A stretch of 15,767 nt of DNA from a virus, in the IMG/VR virus record IMGVR_UViG_3300045988_125934; one strand, 5' to 3'. Both the position numbers and the translations under genes were made by a program. The notes under the pieces are model-generated. The model was not told the origin of the DNA. It did not search any database and was given only the letters and a program-made list of their open reading frames with translations. Below are positions 6,368-15,081 of the stretch, piece by piece. Positions within the stretch are counted from its first letter, which is position 1; each line of letters opens with the position of its first letter.

Positions 6368-8426
6368 ACAATACACCCCCTAACGGTTCATTATCTGCAA
6401 TATCTATATTACCAATTTTCGTGGCATCTCTCCACACGGTAACGCCTTTTTCAAAAATACCTCGTAGCGTTTCTTTTGCGCCCTCGTCGGCTTTCGAGCA
6501 GTTGAGATACACCTCTTTACATTGCCAATAGGTAAAGTTTTCCATGCAGTTAAGATTATCAGGCAAGGCCATAAACTCGTGTATTGCGTATCCGTAGCGA
6601 AGAAAATACTCACCGACAACGTGTTGCATATTGCTATTGATATTTTTGAAACGAATCGCAATTTCGAAAATTCCGTTACATAAATTAAAGCCGTCGCCTC
6701 CTTGCTGTCCAATAACGCTAGGCTGTGACAAGGCCATATCTTGAACGGTTGCATTAATTCCGGCGATTGCATTCTGGTAGTCTCCTTGCGCCGCCCACTG
6801 TGCAAGGTCGGCGTTTTGTGTTGCGAAGCCTGATTGTAAGGCCTGGTTATTATTGAACTGTTCGTTTGCCGCCCAATAGTCAACTCCAGCACCGACTAAT
6901 CCCATGACCGCGCCGCCATAGTTTCCGCCTGCAAGATTGCCCACGGTGCCCAATGCAGCGTTTGCAATTCTGCTTGCGTTTTGAACATCCATGTTTGCTT
7001 GATTATTAGCCAACTGTTGCTGTGCTTGGCTATAACTTAGTTGTGTATTCGCGTTTGACTTGTTAAGTGCCCAACCAGCACCGCTATATTGCCAATTGCG
7101 AGTATTTACTGTTGTCGCCTGATAAAGAATGTAATTGTCGTTAACGATGCTAAACGTTGGCAAATTGTTAAACCATAGGGCATTGTCTATATAATTTTCG
7201 GGGCGATAGGTGCCCTCTCGTCTTGGATTGGTGTCATCCAAAACAAAATAATAGTATTCTTCGTCACTTGGCAAGTTGCCATTAACTCCTACATCACTAC
7301 CATAGTAAGGCACATAAAACGCAAGTCTCATATAAGGCGGTGCAGCACATGCAACTTGTCGCAAGGCTAGCGCGTTTTCATTGGTTAATTCAGGTTTTAA
7401 CAATAAAGGGCTACCAGTATAATTGGTTAGTTCAATTACTGAATACGGATAACATAACAACTTTTTTAGGTTTTTATAGCGATTATTTATAGATTGCCCT
7501 AGCCTATCAGCTAGTGAGCGTCTGTCACTCCAAAACTCCCCCTCATCGGGCGTGGTGCCTAAAAATCTTGCGTTTACACCGTTTAATTGCACATAGGGGC
7601 CATCTGTGAGAAATGCCTTTGGAAAAAGCGTGACAGATAAAATCGTACGGGCTACCCAAGGTGCCTCGCGCAACCGTTCGCACAAAATCTTATAATCATC
7701 TGAGCTTAATTCGTAGACGTTGCACGATGAAATAATACCATCGGTAAATTGCCCATCTGATGTTCTAAAAGAGGGATTAGTAACAGTGCCCCAATCGGCG
7801 GCAAGGTCGCCCGTTGATTGGACAATCAACGAAAGACCGTTTAAGTTTTCCGATCCTTCCGACCGGTTAATCGATAAATTAAGTACTTGCACATCCGATA
7901 TATTGTATTCGTTGCCAATATCAAGCGATTCTGGCACAGAGCAATACCGCCGCCATGTATAGGGTGCGTTATTGTTTGCAACGTTGCAACTTGCCTGTAT
8001 AGCAGCGTGACCACGCACTACAAACGCTTGACTTATTCGAAAATTGAATAAATACGTTTGAAACACATCTAATTGTAACGTGATAGCCGTAGTAGACGGA
8101 TTAACCATAGCAACGCTTGTTATAAAGTAATACAGTTTTGGTGGTGTTAATTCACCCGGCACGGGCTGTTCAGGGTTTTCAACAACGCAATAATTATAGG
8201 TATAGGCTGCACTATACGGCAGTCCTAAATTGATTGGTTCGTTAGGTTTTAAGTATGAATAATTTTCAAGAATTAACGAATCACTATTAAGTGACGCGAA
8301 ATAGTTATCCCTCGCTTCTTGGTCGGCAAACGATACTACATCTTTATATGACGAGTCCCACGTCACGCGGCAGAGCGTAACGCGGGACTGTGCTGACCAT
8401 GAAGAGGGCGTGAATGCGGTTTTCAT
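6360..8426 (-). CDS. Tail knob or distal tail protein, a phi29 gp9 homologue of 688 aa. It has a Gly-rich, probably membrane-active loop (NLAGGNYGGAVMGLVGAGV).
   Basis: LQLDVFQTYLFNFRISQAFVVRGHA against phi29 gp9 [25 protein letters not shown] (from memory). C-terminal similarity and a Gly-rich loop that also occurs in gp9. GGGGG RBS. Confidence 0.8.
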   Translation of the reverse strand: MKTAFTPSSWSAQSRVTLCRVTWDSSYKDVVSFADQEARDNYFASLNSDSLILENYSYLKPNEPINLGLPYSAAYTYNYCVVENPEQPVPGELTPPKLYYFITSVAMVNPSTTAITLQLDVFQTYLFNFRISQAFVVRGHAAIQASCNVANNNAPYTWRRYCSVPESLDIGNEYNISDVQVLNLSINRSEGSENLNGLSLIVQSTGDLAADWGTVTNPSFRTSDGQFTDGIISSCNVYELSSDDYKILCERLREAPWVARTILSVTLFPKAFLTDGPYVQLNGVNARFLGTTPDEGEFWSDRRSLADRLGQSINNRYKNLKKLLCYPYSVIELTNYTGSPLLLKPELTNENALALRQVACAAPPYMRLAFYVPYYGSDVGVNGNLPSDEEYYYFVLDDTNPRREGTYRPENYIDNALWFNNLPTFSIVNDNYILYQATTVNTRNWQYSGAGWALNKSNANTQLSYSQAQQQLANNQANMDVQNASRIANAALGTVGNLAGGNYGGAVMGLVGAGVDYWAANEQFNNNQALQSGFATQNADLAQWAAQGDYQNAIAGINATVQDMALSQPSVIGQQGGDGFNLCNGIFEIAIRFKNINSNMQHVVGEYFLRYGYAIHEFMALPDNLNCMENFTYWQCKEVYLNCSKADEGAKETLRGIFEKGVTVWRDATKIGNIDIADNEPLGGVLYD

Positions 8427-8444
8427 TTTACCCCCTTAATAATT

Positions 8445-9833
8445 TTAACCTGCGGAATAGCCTACCTTGTGAAGTTCCAAGTTAGCAAGCTTAGTATTAT
8501 TAGCTGCTGCGTAAGCCGTAATGTTGAGTGTTTCATACGTGCTATTACGTGATACGTGTAATACATTCTGATCGTCTACATACGTGCCAGTATCAGGGCT
8601 AATAACGTTAGGAGTTGGTGCGCTGGTATCAGTCGGTGCGGCCGCGCTCATATCAGTAATGAGGTAAAATACCGCTTCATCTGTTGAGGTATCACTATAG
8701 GTTACCTTTGGAGTAAGCTCAATTTCTGCGCCTGGTTCAAGAACTGCTTTATCGGCTACCGTATTAGTAAGTGCAAGGCTAACACTCGTTACCGTCTTAG
8801 CGGTAACGGAGCCCAAATTATCCTCTTCCGTGGAAGAGAACAAAAGCATGTTGCGCATATCAGATAACGCATAAGTGCCCCAATGGTGCAAGTAACTAAT
8901 CCAATCACGTGTACGCGGATTATAAATAGTATCGTTTGCTACGAGATTATCAGCACAAATGTAAGCACTAGCATCAATAAGTACCGCTTGGGCACCTGCA
9001 ATGTCAAAATCATCGACTACGATGGTACGGTCGGCGATGAAATTGGCTTTATCCATATGGAACGCTGCTGCCAAAACTTCTACGTCGAAATAAGCAAAGA
9101 AAGCAGGTGTACCCAGAATTACCAGCTCATCGCTTGATACGGGCATATGCTTAGGGTTGTACTGCGTCTTAATAAAATCGCGCATCATTAAATAATGCTC
9201 ACGCATAGCCACCGCAATTTCTTTCCCGGCTGCTTCTTTGTCGCTGGCTGTTGCAATGTCGGGTACCTTAACAGTTGGCATAGTCCACGCGTCATGTGCA
9301 CCCTTTACCAGATTTCGCATAATCAAATATTCGTCCCACTGATCAGACTTCAAAGGCATCGCCAAAATGTCATTAATCATGGAGGACAAACCGCCATCAT
9401 TTACAAAAGCTTGACGCAACTGGTCGCGATTGTAGCGCATCGGGTAAACGTCTTGACGGTTGACGCTGTAGTAATTTGCCTCAATATCAGGCTTAGGCGC
9501 GCCAAACGGATTAGTATTATTCGCGTCGTAGCGTTCGGCCTTGATTAATCCGCCCTGAATTTCCTGGATAATACCGCCGAACTGCTGTTCGCCTCGCTTC
9601 AATGGTGCTAGTGAATTGCGGAATGAATTCGTTTGGAAGACGGTTAAACCAATACGGTTTACCAACAAATCGCAAAACTCATTCATGATTGGATTATAAG
9701 CGTCCATTGTTTCAAAAATGCGTGCAATGTTGCCGCGCGTTGCTGCAGGAATGCGTTCCTGATAACCCGCCGATGCTTCACTACGTACCATATTAAGCAC
9801 TTCGGCGTTGGATAGTGTCAAATTTGATGACAT
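8445..9833 (-). CDS. Major capsid protein, phi29 gp8-like, 462 aa. The C-terminus carries a Big_2 Ig-like domain.
   Basis: LVNRIGLTVFQT against phi29 gp8 LVDRIGLVVIRQ (from memory). The size (462 against 448 aa) and the position after the scaffold gene both fit. The C-terminus is Thr/Ser/Val-rich and Ig-like. Confidence 0.75.
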   Translation of the reverse strand: MSSNLTLSNAEVLNMVRSEASAGYQERIPAATRGNIARIFETMDAYNPIMNEFCDLLVNRIGLTVFQTNSFRNSLAPLKRGEQQFGGIIQEIQGGLIKAERYDANNTNPFGAPKPDIEANYYSVNRQDVYPMRYNRDQLRQAFVNDGGLSSMINDILAMPLKSDQWDEYLIMRNLVKGAHDAWTMPTVKVPDIATASDKEAAGKEIAVAMREHYLMMRDFIKTQYNPKHMPVSSDELVILGTPAFFAYFDVEVLAAAFHMDKANFIADRTIVVDDFDIAGAQAVLIDASAYICADNLVANDTIYNPRTRDWISYLHHWGTYALSDMRNMLLFSSTEEDNLGSVTAKTVTSVSLALTNTVADKAVLEPGAEIELTPKVTYSDTSTDEAVFYLITDMSAAAPTDTSAPTPNVISPDTGTYVDDQNVLHVSRNSTYETLNITAYAAANNTKLANLELHKVGYSAG

Positions 9834-10126
9834 TAGTCCTCCTTTAACAAATTCTCTTTAACTTTGTCTTCAATAGTTAATTCTTCGTCTTCCTCTGGGT
9901 CTTCCTCTTCCTCGGTCTTACCAGTTTCAGCCATGATTAGTTCGTAATTTTTGGCTTTTAAGTCGGTGTTTTCACGACGCAATTCTTCTATTTCCTGGTT
10001 ACGCTGTTCAATCAATGCTACTTGACCATCGTTATATGATGTAAACGCATCATTGATATTTGATAGATAGGCTGGGTAGTCCTCAATCTCATCTGTGATA
10101 CCCGCTAGCAGCTCGAAAATGTCCAC
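9833..10126 (-). CDS. Scaffolding protein, phi29 gp7-like, about 97 aa, acidic with a coiled-coil. The probable start is GTG at 10126, not the ORF-track start at 10267.
   Basis: AGGAGG lies 8 nt upstream of the GTG. Sequence EIEELRRENTDLKAKNYEL with an EEEEDPEEDEE tail. Its TAATG stop-start overlaps the MCP gene. phi29 gp7 is 98 aa. Confidence 0.65.
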   Translation of the reverse strand: MDIFELLAGITDEIEDYPAYLSNINDAFTSYNDGQVALIEQRNQEIEELRRENTDLKAKNYELIMAETGKTEEEEDPEEDEELTIEDKVKENLLKED

Positions 10127-10140
10127 TTGTTTACCTCCTA

Positions 10141-10181
10141 AAATAAAAGGGCTATTGGTAATAATTATATACCAATAGCCC
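10141..10181 (-). terminator. Intrinsic-terminator-like hairpin with an 11-bp stem (gggctattggt/accaatagccc) and an 11-nt AT loop, followed on the minus strand by TTTTATTT. It lies between the endolysin stop and the scaffold RBS.
   Basis: Perfect inverted repeat 10149-10159 / 10171-10181. The reverse complement of 10141-10148 is ttttattt. AGGAGG of the scaffold gene lies a few nt downstream. Confidence 0.55.
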
Positions 10182-10328
10182 ATATTTTTACAGATAGACC
10201 ATACCGAGAAAGAGCTGAGCCAGGGACAAGGAGCTATATCACCAATAGCCGTAAGGCTTAGTCGCATGATGATACTTTACATACTACTTATAATCGGCGG
10301 CGCTATCTGTATAAACAATCTTACCATT

Positions 10329-11132
10329 TTACGCGTTATCGTTCAACCAACGCTGCCATGCGCTCGCTGTGTTCTGCCCAAGAATGCCATCAACGTCAAC
10401 GCCTAGAAACTTTTGCATTGCCTTGACGGTTTTAATTCCCATGAAGCCGTCATCTTTTACACCAAATAATCGCTGCATTGCTCCTACTAAGTTAGAACCG
10501 TTACCACCGTTGTAATTGATCGCGCGCGAATCAATGCGCGGATAGTAGCGCTTTTGTTTAGGGTCTTGATTGGACATTACCCCGTCTACAGGAGTACCAA
10601 AATAACGTTGTGCCTTTTTGTTGGTGTTTACTCCAATCCAGCCGTCAATGGCCAGATCATCGGAACCACCCGAAACAGTAGCAGAAGTTGACGAGCCATT
10701 ATTAGCAATTTCGCTAAACGGAAAATTGACGCCTGGGCAATCAGTAGCGCATACATCTTTGTGACGTTGAACCGTGCTAATTCCGTATTTGCTCTTGAGA
10801 TATGAAACGAGTTCAGCGCCTGCGTTTTTCTGCGTATCGCCCATAGTCTCGCTCATAAAATCGCCCTCGAAACATACCCCCAGCGAATCGGAGTTAGACC
10901 CCGACGCATGCGCGCCCACTTTATTTTCGGGGCGCAAGCGGTAAATTTTTCCGTCCTTACGAACTAGGAAATGATATCCAGCGCCAGACCAGCCATTATT
11001 AAGGTGCCATTGATGAATCTGTTCGGCTGTGCATGACTTAGCCGCCGCATGATGCAAGATTATGCGAGTAGTGCGAGATCGGTTAGACATCGCCTTAAAA
11101 GACAAATTGGTTTCTATAATGTTTACTTTCAT
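10329..11132 (-). CDS. Endolysin, 267 aa. The N-terminal domain is an N-acetylmuramoyl-L-alanine amidase (Amidase_2/PGRP). The C-terminus has two PG_binding_1-like repeats.
   Basis: HHAA...GYHFLV...GAHA...CPG amidase_2 signature. DGWIGVNT..AQRYFG and DGILGQNTASAWQRWL PG-binding repeats. Its TAATG overlaps the holin gene. Confidence 0.85.
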   Translation of the reverse strand: MKVNIIETNLSFKAMSNRSRTTRIILHHAAAKSCTAEQIHQWHLNNGWSGAGYHFLVRKDGKIYRLRPENKVGAHASGSNSDSLGVCFEGDFMSETMGDTQKNAGAELVSYLKSKYGISTVQRHKDVCATDCPGVNFPFSEIANNGSSTSATVSGGSDDLAIDGWIGVNTNKKAQRYFGTPVDGVMSNQDPKQKRYYPRIDSRAINYNGGNGSNLVGAMQRLFGVKDDGFMGIKTVKAMQKFLGVDVDGILGQNTASAWQRWLNDNA

Positions 11133-11491
11133 TATTCTTCCTTATTATCGGTAGTATTCTCACCAAAAAGCGATAAAAATTTGCTTGTCTTTAATTCAGG
11201 ATTAATTTCACCTAAGTTTTCCAAAATGCTTACTATTTCGGTGCACGAGATATAAACGGCTACAGCCATATATACCGCCCCGAAAACATCAGGCAAGCCC
11301 AAAATAGGCATTGACCACTCGCAGAGCCAGCCCAACAATAGCGCAAGAATAAAACTTAGCTTGTGCATAAGCCCCTCACGCATTTTCGTGCTTGATAGCT
11401 CGCTTTCGATAACTGCTTTTACAATTCCTGTCACAAAATCAAGAATTATAAAAAGCATCACAACTAAGGCCGCATATAATTCAACTTGCAT
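11132..11491 (-). CDS. Holin, 119 aa, with two or three TM segments and a charged C-terminal tail.
   Basis: Hydrophobic segments LYAALVVMLFIILDFVTGIV, LSFILALLLGWL and VFGAVYMAVAVYI with a polar, acidic C-terminus. It is directly upstream of the endolysin gene and has a GGGGG RBS. Confidence 0.8.
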   Translation of the reverse strand: MQVELYAALVVMLFIILDFVTGIVKAVIESELSSTKMREGLMHKLSFILALLLGWLCEWSMPILGLPDVFGAVYMAVAVYISCTEIVSILENLGEINPELKTSKFLSLFGENTTDNKEE

Positions 11492-11493
11492 AT

Positions 11494-13200
11494 TTACCCC
11501 CTTATAGTAAACGGTCTTTCCTCAAGTATAACCCCGCCCTTAACTAGCTTAGGCACCAATTTATAACATTCTTTTGATAAGTATTTTTTATCGAAGCTAT
11601 TCATATCATGAATAAGTTTAATGTCATTAGTAAAACCTATCTTAAAATCATCAAAGTTCATTACATCTTTTAACCCTTGCGGCATACCTGCGCAGGTGTA
11701 ACTATAATCACCATTATCAAGCTGCACTGCATACGTTTTAGGCCTGATAAAACGGCACTTCTTGAAACGGTATTCGCAATCAAAATATCCCAATTTCTTT
11801 GGGTCTGTTTCTAACCAATCGGGCACATCGCCAAAAGCTTTTATGCTGTCGGTATCGCTGTATATATAATTATCGCCAAACTTTACGGCGGTTCTTATTA
11901 AATAGTCGCGCGCGTAAGCGGTAACAAACGATGCAATAGGGATATATACAGGGTCGCGGTCATCACCGTCTACCAGCTTGTAATGAACCGCATCATCTTC
12001 TAAAACGGGTATTTTCTTGCTTCCCTGTATCTTTTGCCCGAACTTACCATACAGCGAATTATTGCACAATTTCGCTTGAAACCGTTCCCCAGGATTGGTT
12101 GCGTGCGTCTTATTGTAGTTATTTATATCTATATAATCATCAAATAGCCCGTATTGACTACTGAACTTATAAGCGCCCAAAAAGTCGATTATATTCAGGT
12201 CATACATATCACGCATAAGTTCCAAATCTACACTAGTAAACCATCCTATCAAGGGCTCCGTAATGTTTCTCTGATACTCTCTAGGATTGAACTTAGGATT
12301 GTCTTTAATCTGTATACAGGGCAAACAACCAGGCTTTAATTTTGCGGTGTATTCAATACAGGCAACAAAAAGCCCGCCCAATTCTTTTTCGTTCATAACA
12401 AATTCAGGCAACCCATAGGGATATGACTTATAGCGCATCTGGTAGGGATACATGCTATTTACATCTAGCGATACACCGTCTTTAATATAAGTCTTGTTTT
12501 GATGTATCGGATTAACGTAGACGTATCCGCCCCTATAAGACTTGCGTATATCGTGGTCGGCTCTTTTTGGTAACATCGGAAACAATTTATTGAACTTCTT
12601 TCGTTCGATTAAATCTTTATAGACCGCTAAACAATCCGCCGACGTGGTGAGTTTCGTTCCCATTTTAAGACGTTGTTCTAAAACTTGCGCTAATATACAA
12701 ACATCACGCCGCAAGTAGTCCAATTCTTGCACGGTCAATTCATGCCCAGATGGTCGGTAAAGACTATAGTCTATTTCGCCTTTTGACATATTAAGATGAT
12801 AGGTATTGGCTGCTTCTGCAAGGGACATAGTTACTTTTTTAAGGCTGTCGGCAAAAACTATTTCCTTATCCATCGCGCGAAACTTAATTGAATAGAACCG
12901 TCCCATATCATCAATGAGCGTGCTTAGTTGCATATTGTCATTTATCTGATCAACGTGCTTAAAATCGTGCCTTAGCAGATAGTCGATTATAAATTTTCCA
13001 TCAAATGCCAAATTATGAAACCATATGCGGGCCTTATTAAAATTTAGAATTGTGTCTATAAAACTTTCGATTGATACCCCGTAAATAAAACTATTGTTAT
13101 CTCCTACTAGGCACAAGCCCCAAGCCCATACAGGGTTTTTCGCAACTCCCTCTTCGGTTGTGTTGGTTTCAAAGTCGGCTGCGTACTCTGCATAATCCAT
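11494..13200 (-). CDS. Protein-primed family-B DNA polymerase, phi29 gp2-like, 568 aa.
   Basis: Motifs Exo I YAADFETNT, Exo II NLAFDGKFI, Exo III YLRRDVCILA, Pol A DVNSMYP, Pol B KLCNNSLYGKFGQ, Pol C YSDTDS and KxY RPKTYAVQ. Size matches phi29 DNAP (575 aa). Confidence 0.95.
   Translation of the reverse strand: MDYAEYAADFETNTTEEGVAKNPVWAWGLCLVGDNNSFIYGVSIESFIDTILNFNKARIWFHNLAFDGKFIIDYLLRHDFKHVDQINDNMQLSTLIDDMGRFYSIKFRAMDKEIVFADSLKKVTMSLAEAANTYHLNMSKGEIDYSLYRPSGHELTVQELDYLRRDVCILAQVLEQRLKMGTKLTTSADCLAVYKDLIERKKFNKLFPMLPKRADHDIRKSYRGGYVYVNPIHQNKTYIKDGVSLDVNSMYPYQMRYKSYPYGLPEFVMNEKELGGLFVACIEYTAKLKPGCLPCIQIKDNPKFNPREYQRNITEPLIGWFTSVDLELMRDMYDLNIIDFLGAYKFSSQYGLFDDYIDINNYNKTHATNPGERFQAKLCNNSLYGKFGQKIQGSKKIPVLEDDAVHYKLVDGDDRDPVYIPIASFVTAYARDYLIRTAVKFGDNYIYSDTDSIKAFGDVPDWLETDPKKLGYFDCEYRFKKCRFIRPKTYAVQLDNGDYSYTCAGMPQGLKDVMNFDDFKIGFTNDIKLIHDMNSFDKKYLSKECYKLVPKLVKGGVILEERPFTIRG
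11560..11568 (-). promoter_or_regulatory. Candidate extended -10 promoter (TGtTATAAA) inside the 3' end of the polymerase gene, about 70 nt upstream of the holin ATG.
   Basis: Reverse complement of 11560-11568 is tgttataaa. No convincing -35 was found. Confidence 0.2.
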
Positions 13201-13204
13201 GATG

Positions 13205-14059
13205 CTATATATTCTTGACGATCTTCAGCATAGACCATACAACGTCATAATTATCGCCTTTGGTTTCCTCGGCAACGCTAGAATGCCCCTTGTCATAGTC
13301 TTGCTGATAGCGATAAACCGCCGTCAATGCATCAAAATCGGTATAGTGATAAAGGTAATATATTTGGTCATCATTTAAGTTATTTAATATGTTGGCTAAT
13401 TCCTCGGTTAAATAGCCTTCATCGCTTAAACGATTAGTAACTGATTCTATATAACCCCTGTTCTGTTTCGTTAAGGCTTCATCTGTTTTAGGAGCATTTT
13501 TAACAGAACGGTTGTAAGCTTTAATAGCATTTTCTAACTGCTCTAATGACTTAAAAGGGGTATTACGCGGTTCTACTTGTGCCACTAGATTTTCTGCACC
13601 GCCGCGCCCAAAATCTTCTCGGCTAATCTTTTCTGGTAAATTCTTAGTGATCGATTCAATGGCTGCTACTACGTCATCGGGCTTGTTTAGTTCCACATTT
13701 TCCTTAATTTTTTCAAGCCTTGCACGGCGTCCTGCCCTGATTATATTTCTCTCTGCTTCTACAATGCGGTATTCAAAAACTTTTTCATAAGGTAGAGCGA
13801 TATTACTGTTACGTTGCAATACGTAATTAAGCGACTTACCCTGTGTCTCAATTCGATTTTCACGAGAATTAAATTCTCGCAATTGTCGTGCATAGGCGTT
13901 CTGTTCACGAACACTCATACTCTGCACTTCTTCCCAACTTTTAACAGGCACCGTCATTTGATTTATTTGAGCGTTCGTGATTCCTTTTTTACGTAGGCGG
14001 TATAGCTTGTTACGCGCGTTTTTCTGCAATCGTGATAATTCTTTTTTGGTAATAGCCAT
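13205..14059 (-). CDS. Putative terminal protein (replication primer), about 284 aa. The start is probably the ATG at 14059 (MAITKKELSRLQKN...).
   Basis: Immediately upstream of and co-directional with the protein-primed polymerase, as TP genes are in phi29-like phages. Lys/Arg/Glu-rich. The ORF-track N-terminal 20 codons run through a GC-rich hairpin and have no RBS. Confidence 0.6.
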   Translation of the reverse strand: MAITKKELSRLQKNARNKLYRLRKKGITNAQINQMTVPVKSWEEVQSMSVREQNAYARQLREFNSRENRIETQGKSLNYVLQRNSNIALPYEKVFEYRIVEAERNIIRAGRRARLEKIKENVELNKPDDVVAAIESITKNLPEKISREDFGRGGAENLVAQVEPRNTPFKSLEQLENAIKAYNRSVKNAPKTDEALTKQNRGYIESVTNRLSDEGYLTEELANILNNLNDDQIYYLYHYTDFDALTAVYRYQQDYDKGHSSVAEETKGDNYDVVWSMLKIVKNI

Positions 14060-14085
14060 ACCGCACCGCCTAAACTGATAAATTA

Positions 14086-14114
14086 AGCCCCTCCCCAGTT
14101 GAGGGGTAGGGGCT
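14086..14114 (-). terminator. GC-rich hairpin (AGCCCCTACCCC / GGGAGGGGCT, about 10 bp with a 1-nt bulge) followed by a U-rich stretch, between the SSB-like gene and the TP gene. It may be a partial terminator or attenuator.
   Basis: Inverted repeat 14086-14096 / 14101-14114. On the minus strand it is followed by TAATTTATCAGTTT. Confidence 0.4.
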
Positions 14115-14141
14115 ACCAATAACTAGAATTTATAAAACGTA

Positions 14142-14588
14142 TTACATATCCAAATAGCGATAAGTTCGACCGTTGCGCGTTGAACGTGTTTTGGTCACTA
14201 CCTTAATTGGATGTTCCCATGTCTTAGGCATTCCATAAGAGTTAATAAGTGCCTTTACTGATTCGTATACACCCAATGATGCGGAAAAATAGCACTCTCC
14301 CTCTTGATCGATAAGGATAACGGCGGGATTGTCTGTCTTTTCGCCCTCTTCGTCACCACCGATAAAAGAAGAAGTGGTGAATGCGATGTCTACAATGTCA
14401 ATATAAGTTCCGTCCATATCAGACAGGGGCGCGGCGGTATTCTGCGCCTTGAATAAACGGCGCTTATCCTCATCGGTTTCAACGTCGAAAGAGGTCACAA
14501 TGCCGTAAGCCTTTACGCCTGTTCGGATTGATTCATCAAACGAAAGAGTTTCATTAGTTTCACGAATGAGTGCGAGTGATTCAGCCAT
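14142..14588 (-). CDS. p5-like single-stranded DNA-binding protein, 148 aa, acidic.
   Basis: Resemblance to phi29 p5 as recalled from memory: TSFDVETDEDKRRLFKAQNT...DGTYIDI against ATFDTETLEGQIKIFNAQTG...DGTIIEA, and IDQEGECYFSAS against FAADGSLYSAIS. RBS AAAGGAGAA. It lies two genes upstream of TP, as p5 does. Confidence 0.5.
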   Translation of the reverse strand: MAESLALIRETNETLSFDESIRTGVKAYGIVTSFDVETDEDKRRLFKAQNTAAPLSDMDGTYIDIVDIAFTTSSFIGGDEEGEKTDNPAVILIDQEGECYFSASLGVYESVKALINSYGMPKTWEHPIKVVTKTRSTRNGRTYRYLDM

Positions 14589-14590
14589 TG

Positions 14591-14821
14591 TTAGTTCTCC
14601 TTTACGGTAGCATGTTTAATAAATTCATCTTCGGGCATTTCAAAAACTTTTTCAGTCTTAATAATGCCCTTGAGCGTTGCGAAACTGTTTCCCGTTTCAG
14701 CACGTACCATTTTCAACAATCGCATGTCTGAAATAGGCTTACCCGTGTAAGTATATACACCCAAATCTTTTTCACCATCGGTGATAGTTGCTTTTACTTC
14801 TACAAACTTTTTGCGAATCAT
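14591..14821 (-). CDS. p6-like small double-stranded DNA-binding (histone-like) protein, 76 aa.
   Basis: VEVKATITDGEK...EKVFEMPEDEFIKHA against phi29 p6 VNVAKMVMVDGEV...EEVLYAMSLEDFMKLG (from memory). GGGGGTG RBS. Its position upstream of the p5-like gene matches the phi29 order 6-5-(4)-3-2. Confidence 0.4.
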   Translation of the reverse strand: MIRKKFVEVKATITDGEKDLGVYTYTGKPISDMRLLKMVRAETGNSFATLKGIIKTEKVFEMPEDEFIKHATVKEN

Positions 14822-14823
14822 AT

Positions 14824-15081
14824 TTATTCACCCCCTTGCCCTGTGTCTTTATTCATAAAGCGCCTAACCGCTTTACAACACTCTTTATATATACTGTCGG
14901 TATCGTAAGCTATAATGCGTTGTTTGCTCTCAACTCTGCGACCTAGTTTATCTCTGTTTCTCATAACCAGTATAAAGCGAGTTTCATAATAGGTATAATC
15001 AAATGCAGTTATGATTTTGATAAATTCGAGTGATGGAAAAGTAAGCTTAAGTGCTTTGTTTACTTCGTTTGTATCTACCAT
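14824..15081 (-). CDS. Early protein of about 85 aa, function unknown. The start is probably the ATG at 15081, which overlaps the stop of the upstream micro-ORF, rather than the ORF-track TTG at 15090.
   Basis: There is no RBS of its own. The ATGGTAG overlap with the upstream ORF stop suggests translational coupling. Confidence 0.5.
   Translation of the reverse strand: MVDTNEVNKALKLTFPSLEFIKIITAFDYTYYETRFILVMRNRDKLGRRVESKQRIIAYDTDSIYKECCKAVRRFMNKDTGQGGE

Noticed and set aside
6404-6892. 162-aa same-strand ORF embedded in an alternative frame of the tail-knob gene
   Set aside because: It lies entirely inside the gp9-like gene, has no RBS and is Arg/Ser/Thr-rich as expected from frame-shifted coding sequence. 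It was treated as an overprinting artefact.
10127-10267. N-terminal 47 codons of the ORF-track scaffold model (MRLSLTAIGDIAPCPW...)
   Set aside because: This stretch reads through the terminator hairpin and the intergenic region with no RBS. The GTG at 10126, with an AGGAGG 8 nt upstream, gives a 97-aa product that matches phi29 gp7 in size.
10182-10328. Late promoter call in the lysin-scaffold intergenic region (for example TGTAAAAAT around 10183-10192)
   Set aside because: Only 4/6 matches to the -10 consensus and no -35. phi29 late promoters also lack a -35 and need an activator, so a call from sequence alone would be unreliable. The region is flagged but not annotated.
1170-13996. Plus-strand ORFs of 60-127 aa from the six-frame track inside the minus-strand gene array (1170-1553, 1926-2138, 2282-2494, 2670-2924, 2864-3226, 3210-3443, 4314-4553, 4903-5154, 5540-5734, 5822-6028, 7720-7962, 8883-9137, 9195-9548, 11049-11255, 12154-12339, 13814-13996)
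   Set aside because: All are antisense to genes with strong homology, motif or RBS support. They have no SD sequences and odd composition, which is typical of shadow ORFs.
14060-14119. N-terminal 20 codons of the ORF-track TP model (MVAPTPQLGRGLIYQFRRCG)
   Set aside because: The frame is open only because the GC-rich hairpin contains no stop codon, and there is no RBS. The ATG at 14059 has an AGGCGG-like SD.
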